64,000 nucleotides of DNA, taken from positions 14,818 through 78,817 of the forward strand of contig JBIOZG010000024.1 in the NCBI GenBank assembly GCA_044870765.1, given 5' to 3'. The notes below the pieces were generated by a model. The model worked only from the letters and a program-made list of their open reading frames with translations, searched no databases and was not told the DNA's origin. Positions 16,208-25,967 of the stretch are shown here, one piece after another; position 1 is the first letter of the stretch; every line of letters begins with the position of its first letter. Both the position numbers and the translations under genes were made by a program. This DNA comes from Nitrososphaeraceae archaeon (GTDB taxonomy: Archaea; Thermoproteota; Nitrososphaeria; Nitrososphaerales; Nitrososphaeraceae).

Positions 16208-17689
16208 TCAGGTTACGTCATGATGAGGAGGCAATTCAACCGGATCTCCTCTTACATCAAAAAGTCCCATCCAGCCTAAATCCGTGAAGTCTGTCTGGTG
16301 TGCGTGAAACATATAAGTTCCTGGATATTGATATGTGAACTCCATAATGCCTCTGTCTCCCTGTGACATGGTTACAATGTCTGTGTTATAATCGGGGGTT
16401 TCATCAGTACCAGCAGTATAATAATTAAACATGGCTCCATGTATGTGGAATGAGTTGACCAGGTCAAATTCTAGCATATTGACAACATAGACACGATAGG
16501 GCTTGCCTGTTTGCAATACTATTGGATTCATCATATATTCAAATGCCTTCCCATTTACTGTGTAGATTTCGTTTCCCCGTGGTTCCTCAGTATCTAATTT
16601 TGGAACATCCCCAGCACTAGCTTCACCACTTTCATCACCTGTATGGTCCATCGTTGTTGAAATTTGAGTTAGGTTGGTTTCAGTGCTAGTCTCGTTACTA
16701 TCTGTACCTCCAGTCATATTGGTAACGGCATCAGTTTGATTACTGACAGTGCTATTAGTCATGGTCATGTTCTCCCCAGTAGTATCGCCTTGCTCAGTTG
16801 TTTGAAATAGGGCGGCTGGAGGTAATTTAACTGGTCCCTCCTCATCAAGATCCAGGTCATAACCATTAAGGAGCATTGCCATCTCCGTCATTTGAGGACG
16901 TGGTTCTTTAGGATCTATAATCATCATTCCATATAGTCCCCTGTTAATATGATCGGCTATTGGGTCTACATGACAATGATATGGATATACTCCATAGGGT
17001 TGGGCAACAAATTCATAGGTGAAACTCCTACCTGGTGAAATGGCGCCTCCTGGATATCCACCCATTGAAACACCATCGTTCTTGGCGTAATGAATAGAAT
17101 GAGTATGAAATGAGTGTGGGTTTTCATTCTCATTACTATTAATAACTCTAATTCGAACCAGATCACCCTCTGTAACTCTTATAGTAGGCCCAGGTATAGT
17201 GCCATTAAATGTCCAAGCGTCAAAGACATGCCCTTCATATGAAATAGGTATTTTTTGGTTTTCTTCAACGATAATTGTGAATTGTCGAACAGTCCTGCCA
17301 GTTTCGTCCTTTGTTACATGACCGCAATTAAAGTAGGTAAGATATTCTACTGGAGTTGGCTTCTTGCTAAGTTCTGTAGTGCAATTCTTAATTTTATCGT
17401 ATTGCGCCTGAGAAATGTGGTTTGCTGGAACCTGGCCAAAAACAGGAAGTGTTAAAATAGGAAAACTGAAAGAAGAAAAAATCAAAATACTTGACAAAAC
17501 TGATGCAAAAAAATACGCATTTGGCCTAAACACGTTTAACAAAGATGTATTCTTTGATATAAAAACGTTAATTATTTTCAAATTTCTACGACTGCAGTAA
17601 ACAGATCGATAATGAATTTCATTTTTTGTTCCCCAATGTAAGGATTTTGAATAATTAAACTTGCAATAAAAGAAAATCCTATTTCCCAA
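16208..17689 (-). CDS. Two-domain multicopper oxidase (type C 2dMCO-like)
   Basis: FNGTIPGPTIRV, HSFHTH, YHCHVDPIADHINRGLYG, NSFHIHG and MFHAH motifs. The real start is probably downstream of 17689, just before the hydrophobic signal. Confidence 0.9.
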   Translation of the reverse strand: MGNRIFFYCKFNYSKSLHWGTKNEIHYRSVYCSRRNLKIINVFISKNTSLLNVFRPNAYFFASVLSSILIFSSFSFPILTLPVFGQVPANHISQAQYDKIKNCTTELSKKPTPVEYLTYFNCGHVTKDETGRTVRQFTIIVEENQKIPISYEGHVFDAWTFNGTIPGPTIRVTEGDLVRIRVINSNENENPHSFHTHSIHYAKNDGVSMGGYPGGAISPGRSFTYEFVAQPYGVYPYHCHVDPIADHINRGLYGMMIIDPKEPRPQMTEMAMLLNGYDLDLDEEGPVKLPPAALFQTTEQGDTTGENMTMTNSTVSNQTDAVTNMTGGTDSNETSTETNLTQISTTMDHTGDESGEASAGDVPKLDTEEPRGNEIYTVNGKAFEYMMNPIVLQTGKPYRVYVVNMLEFDLVNSFHIHGAMFNYYTAGTDETPDYNTDIVTMSQGDRGIMEFTYQYPGTYMFHAHQTDFTDLGWMGLFDVRGDPVELPPHHDVT

Positions 17690-17967
17690 TAGACCTAAAA
17701 ATAGGAGTTGCTCTATGAACTATTATTTTGAATATTTTATTTGGAATATTTTAAGTTTGAAACAACGAGTAGTCTAGGAAAAAAGTTTTGCATATCATGC
17801 GGTGTAACACCAATGCCTTTATTTGAGATTTGAAAAACAAAAAAAGGCTCCTAAATTCGTATTAACTCAAAGAAAATAGCGAATCAGATATCAGTAAAAG
17901 ATGCTATAACATGATTCAGAAATATCTTACCTAGCTCTTAAAAGATATAATCCTATAATCAAATCCA

Positions 17968-18408
17968 ATGGAAAAGTCAAATGGAACAAAGATAATGGGA
18001 ATTCTGTTAGTTTTTGGTTTAGTAGTTTATTCAATTTACTTTGGTCAGATATCATTTGCAGAAGGGGTCGAATTAAAGACAGTAGGAAAGGGCGCTATTT
18101 CCTGTGGAAATGGTGAGGAAGTCAAAGGAGTCAGAATAAATTTCTTTGTGTCCTATGATGAAGAAACGCCTTTTGCAGAATGGAATATGGACCACAAGGA
18201 ACTGGGTTCTGCAGGAGGAATGATTACTAACGTAAAGACATCGTCAGATAGTTTTGTCTTAAAGGGCTTTGAAGCATTTGACAGTATTTGTGATGTTGAA
18301 ACACCTTCAGATGTAAAACTTTCAGGAAATTGTGGGGAAGGAACAGTTAGGCTTGTATCCGATAATGGAAACAAGGGGACATTTGCATCTAATGTAAAAT
18401 GTGGCTAG
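17968..18408 (+). CDS. Secreted hypothetical protein (4 Cys)
   Basis: Signal peptide and a beta-rich body with four Cys (likely two disulfides). Confidence 0.7.
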   Translation: MEKSNGTKIMGILLVFGLVVYSIYFGQISFAEGVELKTVGKGAISCGNGEEVKGVRINFFVSYDEETPFAEWNMDHKELGSAGGMITNVKTSSDSFVLKGFEAFDSICDVETPSDVKLSGNCGEGTVRLVSDNGNKGTFASNVKCG

Positions 18409-18533
18409 AGATTCCTAAAAAATGATAATGATAATGAAATATTGAAGAAACACCACTTACGTTATTTGGCAGAATTTCCTTGATGTGATAGTTAATTTTA
18501 AAAAGATTATAAATAGAACAGTATTAAACTAGA

Positions 18534-18734
18534 TTGAGCTTGAATGCGTCTTTAAAAAAATGGTTGCCTATGATCGGTATACCTGCTGCGATCCCAATCA
18601 TCACTAGTCTTATTTTAGGCCTTCCCATAACATTAGCTCTCGTGACCTCAGGTTTTATTATCCTGCTAGTTGTAAGTGGGTTTATGTTTAGATCTTATGG
18701 ACGTGAAAGAAAGCCTGATTTTCAAAATCCATAG
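18534..18734 (+). CDS. Small two-helix membrane protein
   Basis: Two hydrophobic segments and a basic tail. TATA-like TTATAAATA lies upstream. Confidence 0.6.
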   Translation: MSLNASLKKWLPMIGIPAAIPIITSLILGLPITLALVTSGFIILLVVSGFMFRSYGRERKPDFQNP

Positions 18735-18740
18735 CGCTAG

Positions 18741-19145
18741 TCAGAATCTGGTTCCATCATCAGTCAGTTTTTCAATTGGAGATATACTAACGACTTTTTC
18801 GTCCAAGATGCTGAGCATCATGTTGTAATACTGCAAAAATGAACGACCCTTTTCAGTTGCGCGATAAGTTAGTACGCCGTCATCGAGATTTTGAATAATT
18901 AACTCCTTTTCCAAAAGTTCGTACAAATATCTGTTGATTTGTTCATAACTCAAATTTCCCTTGTACATAATGTGAGTCTTTCTTATGCCCGCCTTACACA
19001 AGTCTACGATGTCCGCCATTATCTGAATTTTTCCCCTATTATTTTCACTTTTGCATATTGTTTTGCTCATTGGATCATTATGAAGAATCATGAGTAAATA
19101 AGGGGAACCCTGAAATTCCCTGCTGGAACGGTCGTTCCAACTCAT
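18741..19145 (-). CDS. Winged helix-turn-helix transcriptional regulator (HTH_45-like)
   Basis: RGKIQIMADI...C..G..KTHIMYK.NLSY.Q...YL..L...Y..TEKG..FL. The true start is probably MSKTIC. Confidence 0.85.
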   Translation of the reverse strand: MSWNDRSSREFQGSPYLLMILHNDPMSKTICKSENNRGKIQIMADIVDLCKAGIRKTHIMYKGNLSYEQINRYLYELLEKELIIQNLDDGVLTYRATEKGRSFLQYYNMMLSILDEKVVSISPIEKLTDDGTRF

Positions 19146-19274
19146 GAAAAACTAAGATATTAAACTGGAGAGATCTGAATTTGATTTTCTTTTGAATCTC
19201 GGCCAAACCCCATGGTGAAAGAGGCCAAAAAAGAATCCCTATAATAATACGATGATTCATTAAAAATTCAATTC

Positions 19275-20330
19275 ATGAAGAAGCCAGTAAAAACTGAAGT
19301 ATTAAGAATTAATTCTCAGAGACCTAATGACAGTATTATTGCAAGAGCATCCAAATTAATTAGTAGTGGAGAAATTGTCGCATTCCCAACCGAAACTGTA
19401 TATGGATTGGGAGCAAACGCCCTAGATCCTTCGGCGATTTCAAAAATATATCAAATGAAAGGCAGGCCTTCTGATAATCCATTAATCGTCCATATAGCAG
19501 AAATGGAAACGCTGAGTAGATTGGTAAATGAAATATCCCCAAGAGACATGATAATTATCAAAAAATTTTGGCCTGGTCCGATCACTCTTGTTTTAAAAAA
19601 ATCAAAAATTGTGCCTAAAATTACTACCGGAGGTCTCAGTACAATAGCTGTACGAATGCCTCGAAATAAAATTGCTCTCGCACTCATAAAAAGGTCTGGC
19701 TTTCCCATTGCTGCTCCATCTGCAAACATCTCAGGAAGACCAAGTCCCACCAATGCTAGTCATGTGAAAGACGACCTTGATGGAAAAGTAAAATTGATTT
19801 TAGATGGCGGTAGCACTGAAATTGGAATTGAATCTACTGTAATTGACATGACACTACGTACTCCAGTAATTTTGCGTCCTGGCGGAATTTCAAAGGAGTC
19901 GATCGAAGACGAAATTGGCGAGGTTCATTTTCACCATTCACTCCTAGGCCTTCGCAGAAGAACAAAAAAGATTAACAAATCACCGGGTATGAAATACAGA
20001 CATTATAGCCCCAATGCTCGTGTAGTAATTGTGGAAGGTTCTAGAATACGTGCAAAGGCAAAGATCATTGAACTGACTGAAAAATTAAAGCGTGAAGGAA
20101 AGAAAGTTTCTATCATGACTGCCAGCAAGTCACTGAAGCCAAATGCAGATACTGTTCAGTACATGGGAAACACTTTGGATACGATTGCCAGGAACCTGTT
20201 TGCAAATCTTCGCAAAGCTGATAGCGATCACATCGACGTCATAGTAATCCAAGGAATTAATTACAATAATACGGGCTTTGCGATTATGAATAGGTTAAAG
20301 AAAGCAGCTGCTGAAACAATAAAAGTGTGA
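19275..20330 (+). CDS. sua5: Threonylcarbamoyl-AMP synthase Sua5
   Basis: VAFPTETVYGLGA, KGRPSDNPLIVH, AAPSAN.SG and SPGMKYRHYSP motifs. Confidence 0.96.
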   Translation: MKKPVKTEVLRINSQRPNDSIIARASKLISSGEIVAFPTETVYGLGANALDPSAISKIYQMKGRPSDNPLIVHIAEMETLSRLVNEISPRDMIIIKKFWPGPITLVLKKSKIVPKITTGGLSTIAVRMPRNKIALALIKRSGFPIAAPSANISGRPSPTNASHVKDDLDGKVKLILDGGSTEIGIESTVIDMTLRTPVILRPGGISKESIEDEIGEVHFHHSLLGLRRRTKKINKSPGMKYRHYSPNARVVIVEGSRIRAKAKIIELTEKLKREGKKVSIMTASKSLKPNADTVQYMGNTLDTIARNLFANLRKADSDHIDVIVIQGINYNNTGFAIMNRLKKAAAETIKV

Positions 20331-20347
20331 TTCGGATATCATCGTAA

Positions 20348-21070
20348 CTATTTGATTTTTGACGAGGATGTTATGTACTTGATTAATTCAATATCCCGAA
20401 GATAAGATCCGATTTTCTTAGAATTACGTTTATCCATAAAAGGAATAACCGATAGTGTCTTTGTCTTGGTTAATCTTTCGATATAAAAGGGCGTCATAGA
20501 TTCTACGATATTAGGACGAATTGGCATCTGATTAAAAATTATTCCTACAATAGGGACCTTAAATTCTCTGCAGGCATTTATGGTCATAACTGTATGATTA
20601 ATAGAACCAAGTTTAGGTCGTGACACAATAATAACTGGGAGGTTCATTTTGCGTACAATGTGCAATAATGATACTTTATCCGTTATAGGAACCATGACTC
20701 CCCCAATTCCTTCAACTACAATAAAGTCGTATTTTTTTTTAAGAAACATAAATTTTTCAATTACCTTTTTTAGATTTATTGGCTTGTGAGAAATCTCAGC
20801 TGCCATTAAGGGGGAAGCAGCCAGTGGAAAGAACACTGGATTTAGTGTTTCGTCTAGATCTCCAACACCCGCAGCTTTGGCTAGTTTGGCAGTATCTTGT
20901 GATTTGTAATCCTTCGAATAGATTTTAGATGAAGTCGCAAATGGTTTCATTACTCCTACCTTTATTTCGTTTCTTCGAAGAACCCAAGCAAAGCCACATG
21001 CTATTTCCGTCTTTCCGATTTCAGTATCAATGCCTGTAATGAATACTCCTCGCAGTTTTCCGTGTGACAT
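20348..21070 (-). CDS. bioD: Dethiobiotin synthase
   Basis: FITGIDTEIGKT, MKP, SP..AA, VEGIGG and LGSINHT motifs. Confidence 0.95.
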   Translation of the reverse strand: MSHGKLRGVFITGIDTEIGKTEIACGFAWVLRRNEIKVGVMKPFATSSKIYSKDYKSQDTAKLAKAAGVGDLDETLNPVFFPLAASPLMAAEISHKPINLKKVIEKFMFLKKKYDFIVVEGIGGVMVPITDKVSLLHIVRKMNLPVIIVSRPKLGSINHTVMTINACREFKVPIVGIIFNQMPIRPNIVESMTPFYIERLTKTKTLSVIPFMDKRNSKKIGSYLRDIELIKYITSSSKIK

Positions 21071-21244
21071 TTGTTAAGACCTTTTTGTATAAACCTAAAT
21101 CTTGTATTATATAGATTTCTTGGCTAACTTTTGCGGTATTATATAGCGTTGATTTGATGAAGGTTTGAATATTTCAGACAAGGGATCTATGTCAAGTGAT
21201 ACATTATTCTGCCTAAAGTAAAATTAAAATGCAATTGAGAACCA

Positions 21245-21760
21245 TTGTTCCTCAATTTGGATACAAAAAACAAAATATTGATTGTTGCTTTTCAACTCGC
21301 AATATTATCCTTATCATCTTTTCAATTAAATGCCACTGGGTTGCAAAATAATACCAATATAGGTGGGGATAATTCGGACTTTTTTCCAAATTATGAAAAA
21401 AAATCAGTTTTAATTAATGGATTCAAAGTCTTATTGGCCGTAGCACCTAACGACGAACTTAGAATCAAGGGTCTTTCTGGATCCGAAAAGCTGAATGAGA
21501 ATGAGGGAATGTTATTTTTGTTCGACAAACCGTCAAAACAAGGCTTTTGGATGAATGAAATGAAATATCCAATTGACATCCTCTGGTTGGATTCGAATAG
21601 TAGTGTGATTTATATTGAAAAAAATTTGGAACCATGTAAGATATTTCTTGCCTGTCCGGTCTATAATCCGCAGGCAGATTCATTATATGTAATAGAACTA
21701 AGAGCAGGATTTGTTGACCGTCATTCAATTAGGAATGGTACGATTATTGATTTGAATTAA
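21245..21760 (+). CDS. DUF192 family exported protein
   Basis: Signal peptide, GL......EGMLF.F, FWM..M.YPIDI and YVIEL.AG motifs. Confidence 0.88.
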   Translation: MFLNLDTKNKILIVAFQLAILSLSSFQLNATGLQNNTNIGGDNSDFFPNYEKKSVLINGFKVLLAVAPNDELRIKGLSGSEKLNENEGMLFLFDKPSKQGFWMNEMKYPIDILWLDSNSSVIYIEKNLEPCKIFLACPVYNPQADSLYVIELRAGFVDRHSIRNGTIIDLN

Positions 21761-21820
21761 TATGGCCAAATTAAGATGTAATTATGATAATTAAAATTGA
21801 ACGATATTTAACATAAAATT

Positions 21821-22180
21821 ATGGGAGAAAATGACATCCTCATAAATTTTGACAAGACGGAAGTTAGACCTAAAGAGGAGATCAATGGAGTCATAAAAAT
21901 TAATTACTTGGGCCGATTTGACAGCATCGTGATAAATTCACAGATAGAAAATACAAATGATATTTTTACGTTCATAAAACTAAATGACAAAAAAATCAAT
22001 TACTCATATGCAAGGATGCCTGTATTAAGACAGGATTTAAAAGATGCAAGCGAAATAAGATTTGTTGTAACAACTGATCATGTTCCACAAGTAACTTCAA
22101 ATGTCAAGTTCAGAGCTTCCATAATACAAGAACATAAAGAAGTTGCAAATCATGTTGCATTCCTCAAGATAGTACCATGA
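21821..22180 (+). CDS. Hypothetical protein (beta-sandwich-like)
   Basis: 119-aa ORF with an upstream TATA-like element and no recognised motif. Confidence 0.65.
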   Translation: MGENDILINFDKTEVRPKEEINGVIKINYLGRFDSIVINSQIENTNDIFTFIKLNDKKINYSYARMPVLRQDLKDASEIRFVVTTDHVPQVTSNVKFRASIIQEHKEVANHVAFLKIVP

Positions 22181-22280
22181 GGAAATATCAATTTCGACTA
22201 GTTTTTAGAGTGATGAGATTGTATAGTGCCGCATTATCATAACAAGCAACAATCAAAATAATGTAATAAATGAGGAGAGG

Positions 22281-22742
22281 TCAGACGAAACTCTTTACTA
22301 TTACGACTTTACCTGTCATCCATGGATGAGGTTCGCAGTGATAAGCATATTCACCATCTTTAGTAAACGTGAATTCAAAAGTTTTTTGAGGCGGTATTAA
22401 ACCAATGGTGTCTATTGAATTAAACGGGCCGTTTATCTGATCCGTATATTGCGTGTCAGTAGTAACAGTATGGGCTGTAGTATCAAGGTTAGTCCAAATC
22501 ACCTTATTATTGATTCCCAGGGTACCCCTTGCTTCTTTGGGCTCAAAGTTTTTCTGCTGGGACTGCTGTGATGAACCTTCTATGATAGACACTTTGACAT
22601 TATCTGGAGGATTCAGAACCTCTTCAGCTAATTGCGGTTTTGCATTTGCTTCTTTAGTATAAACAAATTGATAGTAAGCCATGCTTGCGGCCACAGCAAT
22701 AATAAATGCAATGATACTGATCCCTGCAGCACTATTATTCAT
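22281..22742 (-). CDS. Membrane-anchored plastocyanin-like blue copper protein (complex III-associated)
   Basis: N-terminal TM helix, W.N.D..AHTVT and YHCEPHPWM.G motifs. Lies downstream of cytochrome b. Confidence 0.92.
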   Translation of the reverse strand: MNNSAAGISIIAFIIAVAASMAYYQFVYTKEANAKPQLAEEVLNPPDNVKVSIIEGSSQQSQQKNFEPKEARGTLGINNKVIWTNLDTTAHTVTTDTQYTDQINGPFNSIDTIGLIPPQKTFEFTFTKDGEYAYHCEPHPWMTGKVVIVKSFV

Positions 22743-22858
22743 TTATCATCTGGTTAAAATTCACGAATATATATAATATTAAGATTAGTCACCCTCAGCA
22801 TTGTCTTTTATCAGACTTTAATATGACAGATAAATCGTACAAACCGTTAAGGAAAAAT

Positions 22859-24469
22859 CTATTTTTTTTCATCTGAAATTAATTTATGCTCGCCAGTGTC
22901 TAATGTGGCAGAGTCTGCTTTGTTCATAGATTGACTCGATTGGGAGGAGGATGATCCTGACTTTGTGGAAGCCAAAGTTTTTTGTTTTGCTGCAACGTCT
23001 TCAAGTATTTTTGTGCCGTCGGTAATCTGCCCTGTTTGAGCCTTACCAGTTTTTGTAAGTGAAGGAGCCTTCGCTTTCATTGGCATAGGTGGCATTGTGG
23101 GCTTTGGTGTCGGGGCTTTTTGCAACGATCTTGCGTGTCTAAACACATGGAACATACCAGCGAATACAAGCATCATAATGCCTACTATAAAGAGCGAATA
23201 GTTTTTCATTCCGTTAAGTACTGCGTAATAAGCTGCAATATTGAGATAAACCTGGAATGCCAGGAGAGCAATAAATATACCATATATCCATTTTTCGGTT
23301 AGGTTTATCGAGCTTTTTCCTGTCGGCTTTTTGGGTTGAATCTTTGCATTTGCTTCCGCATTTTTGGCTAGTTTTATCATCATATAGGTGAAACCAAATG
23401 ATAATGGAACTAGCAAAATCATAACAAGATAGAGAAAAATGGGATCAATCACAAGTCTTTCCAATAACGACTTGGTCCTATCTGGATCTATATAAAATCC
23501 CCAGTAAGTAGTGACTATAATCTGAGCCAGACTTGTAATACCTATCGCTGTTATTATTGGTCTATCCTTCCATGAAAATTTCTTGTATCGATCGATAAAT
23601 GGTACTATGAGCAATGCAAAAATAAACAAGCCTGGCCAAGCCACACCGGTAGTAAATTTATCATACGCACTACGCAGGAATGCGTACAGTCCGGTCAAAT
23701 ACCATTCAGGTACAGTGATACCGGGTGGAACATTAGGATCGAACTTGAGTCCCATATCAACCGGAAATACTCCTCCTGTTAGCATGATAGCACCAGTTAT
23801 TGCCATTACCATAGGAACATCAAATACTAGGAATCTCGGGAAGTGTACAACCATTAGACCCAACATAACTATTGGTAGGAAGAAGACATGAAAAGCATAA
23901 AATCTCAAAACGAAATCATGGAAGCCGGCACCAAAGAATGCATCTCTCATCTGTGGTCCCATTATGGGGATTGAATTGGTAAGGGAAGCTGCGATTGAAA
24001 TAGCTAATTCAGCTCTTTCGCTGAAAATAATATCGTAGCCAGTAAAAGCCTCCAGAATTGTAAGGACTCCCAATATGATTCCGGTGACCCACAGTATTTC
24101 GTTTCTAATCTTGTATCTACCGCTGAAATACTGGTAGTACATGTGAAGAAGAGCTACCATGACCATTGCGTTTGATGCATGATAATGAATATTTCTTAAA
24201 TGAAACCCGTAAGGGATGACATCGTTGATTGTCTTCACACTGTTCCATGCTCTGTCTAATATAGGTTCATAAAATAGCATGAGTAGTGCTCCAGTAATTC
24301 CGAGAATAATAAAAATCACAAATGTCAGCATCCCCAAAAATCCAAGTGGACTTACAAATCTGCTTGGAAATGTAAATTTCATTCCCATAAAGAGAGTTCT
24401 ATCTACGCCAGCATATGTCCACCTGAGAAAACGAGTCAGGCTATTTTCTCTATGTAAGGAAACGCCCAT
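22859..24469 (-). CDS. petB: Cytochrome b of complex III
   Basis: Four haem His (RNIHYH..., LLHM, YAFHVF, VVHFP), PEWY motif and many TM helices. Confidence 0.95.
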   Translation of the reverse strand: MGVSLHRENSLTRFLRWTYAGVDRTLFMGMKFTFPSRFVSPLGFLGMLTFVIFIILGITGALLMLFYEPILDRAWNSVKTINDVIPYGFHLRNIHYHASNAMVMVALLHMYYQYFSGRYKIRNEILWVTGIILGVLTILEAFTGYDIIFSERAELAISIAASLTNSIPIMGPQMRDAFFGAGFHDFVLRFYAFHVFFLPIVMLGLMVVHFPRFLVFDVPMVMAITGAIMLTGGVFPVDMGLKFDPNVPPGITVPEWYLTGLYAFLRSAYDKFTTGVAWPGLFIFALLIVPFIDRYKKFSWKDRPIITAIGITSLAQIIVTTYWGFYIDPDRTKSLLERLVIDPIFLYLVMILLVPLSFGFTYMMIKLAKNAEANAKIQPKKPTGKSSINLTEKWIYGIFIALLAFQVYLNIAAYYAVLNGMKNYSLFIVGIMMLVFAGMFHVFRHARSLQKAPTPKPTMPPMPMKAKAPSLTKTGKAQTGQITDGTKILEDVAAKQKTLASTKSGSSSSQSSQSMNKADSATLDTGEHKLISDEKK

Positions 24470-25058
24470 ACCCCACTACCCCATTTCCGTTAACACTCCA
24501 ATTTGGAGGTTTAATCCATATGTTACCATCTGCAGAGATCTCTAGATCTAGTCTAGGTAATACGTTAGAAGGAGGAGCCTGCAGTGAAGCAGGCCCTGCA
24601 AATGCTTTACCAGTAAGAGGATCGTACATACTCCCATGACATGGACATTCACCCCTTTTTCTTCCGTCCTGTGGCCAATATTTCCACAGACACCAAAGAT
24701 GAAGACAAACCATGCTATACATTCTGAAAGCAGCTACGTCATTCTTTTTCCCACCGAGTTCTTCAGGTAATCTGATAAACTGCCACGTTCGAAATGCTTC
24801 TTTATTTAAAACTGGATCATCAGATCTAGGATAAATTACAGCTTCTGAGTGATTAACTTGAAAAGAATTGACATTGGCTTGAGAACCATCCGGAAGTTCT
24901 ACCTTTTGTCTCTCGTTTGACTGACCCGTTGGATTTGGCAGAAATTTTCCCCAGTCAACAAAGGTCGCAAATGTCATTACAGTACCTGCAGCAGCCATGA
25001 GTTTTAAGAAGTCACGTCTTGATACCTTACCTCCACTTTTCGAAGGCTGCTGAGCCAT
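24450..25058 (-). CDS. petC: Rieske 2Fe-2S subunit of complex III (Tat-exported)
   Basis: SRRDFLK twin-arginine signal, CLHLWC and CPCHGS.Y motifs. Confidence 0.95.
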   Translation of the reverse strand: MAQQPSKSGGKVSRRDFLKLMAAAGTVMTFATFVDWGKFLPNPTGQSNERQKVELPDGSQANVNSFQVNHSEAVIYPRSDDPVLNKEAFRTWQFIRLPEELGGKKNDVAAFRMYSMVCLHLWCLWKYWPQDGRKRGECPCHGSMYDPLTGKAFAGPASLQAPPSNVLPRLDLEISADGNIWIKPPNWSVNGNGVVGYGRFLT

Positions 25059-25198
25059 ACAAATCTACAGACTCGAAATATATCATATAAACTTTTATTC
25101 AGTTACCATTGAACAATTTGTCAAAACTAAAATTATTTTTCATAATTGAAGATAATGAATCTATATTTAATCAAATCTAATGTTTTACAAATTTATCA

Positions 25199-25612
25199 TT
25201 ACGAAGTTTCCAATTTTTTTAATTTCTTGTTAAATCTTTCCCTAAATTCAGGGACATTAATGACAGTTCTTTCGTGCAGTCCTTCGCCTATTTTTTCAAT
25301 CTTATCAACCGCATCTACTTCAAAAGTTACTCGCCTGTCTTTCACATCGATTACTCTAGCTTTTAATTTAACTTCTGTCCCAACCGGAGTTGGTTTCAAA
25401 TGCCGGATATTGACCAAGGTACCTACAGAATCCCAGTCTTCATCTTGCAAAAATTCTTCTTTTAGCAACAACCTACACGTTTCTTCCATCTCTGCAATCA
25501 TAGAGGGGGTTGAAAAAACATTCTCTCCGTCCCAAAGGAAGCTTGTAGTTTGTCCTGCACCAACTTTAATTTTCCTTTCTTTAGTAGTATCAGTTCGTAT
25601 TTTTTTAATCAT
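25199..25612 (-). CDS. Hot-dog fold thioesterase (FlK-like)
   Basis: VFSTPSMIAEME.TC, SVGT.V.IRHL.PTPVG and IGEG.HER motifs. Confidence 0.88.
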   Translation of the reverse strand: MIKKIRTDTTKERKIKVGAGQTTSFLWDGENVFSTPSMIAEMEETCRLLLKEEFLQDEDWDSVGTLVNIRHLKPTPVGTEVKLKARVIDVKDRRVTFEVDAVDKIEKIGEGLHERTVINVPEFRERFNKKLKKLETS

Positions 25613-25663
25613 AATGATAAGTCAACTTTGGTCTTAATAAAAAGAAAAAAAGTCGGTAAGATA

Positions 25664-25795
25664 CTACTTTGACCTTCGAACTGCTGATGCTATTGCATAA
25701 CCTAGACCAACAGCCAATCCGAATGTGAGTGGTATCCATACTCCGAAACTTTCCCAATTTGCCGGTACTATTTGTAGAATTACGCTTTCGAACAT
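25664..25795 (-). CDS. 43-aa single-pass membrane micro-protein (below the ORF-track cutoff)
   Basis: ATG 25795 to TAG 25664 gives MFESVILQIVPANWESFGVWIPLTFGLAVGLGYAIASAVRRSK. A TATA-like element lies about 30 nt upstream and a T-tract lies downstream. Confidence 0.7.
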   Translation of the reverse strand: MFESVILQIVPANWESFGVWIPLTFGLAVGLGYAIASAVRRSK

Positions 25796-25967
25796 TATTA
25801 TTGTGGTATAAAAGTAATCAGTATATTAGATTTTCTCAAGCTAATAGGCATAGCTAAGATTCTCTTAGGTCAAAACCTGGAATTTCCTTAAAAATGCATT
25901 CTTAGTGCCACGTGGATGAGTAGATGTACGTTTCCCTTAAATTACCCACAGGCTGCTATTTGAAAAT

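Noticed and set aside
16208-17689. nirK call
   Set aside because: It has four HxH motifs (trinuclear site) and a Leu axial residue, which fits a 2dMCO rather than a Cu nitrite reductase.
25146-25637. 163-aa plus-strand ORF
   Set aside because: Antisense to the well-supported thioesterase, with Ser/Phe-rich shadow composition.
25900-25960. Possible C/D-box sRNA upstream of rpl44e (GGATGAG)
   Set aside because: No proper RUGAUGA/CUGA box pair could be identified.
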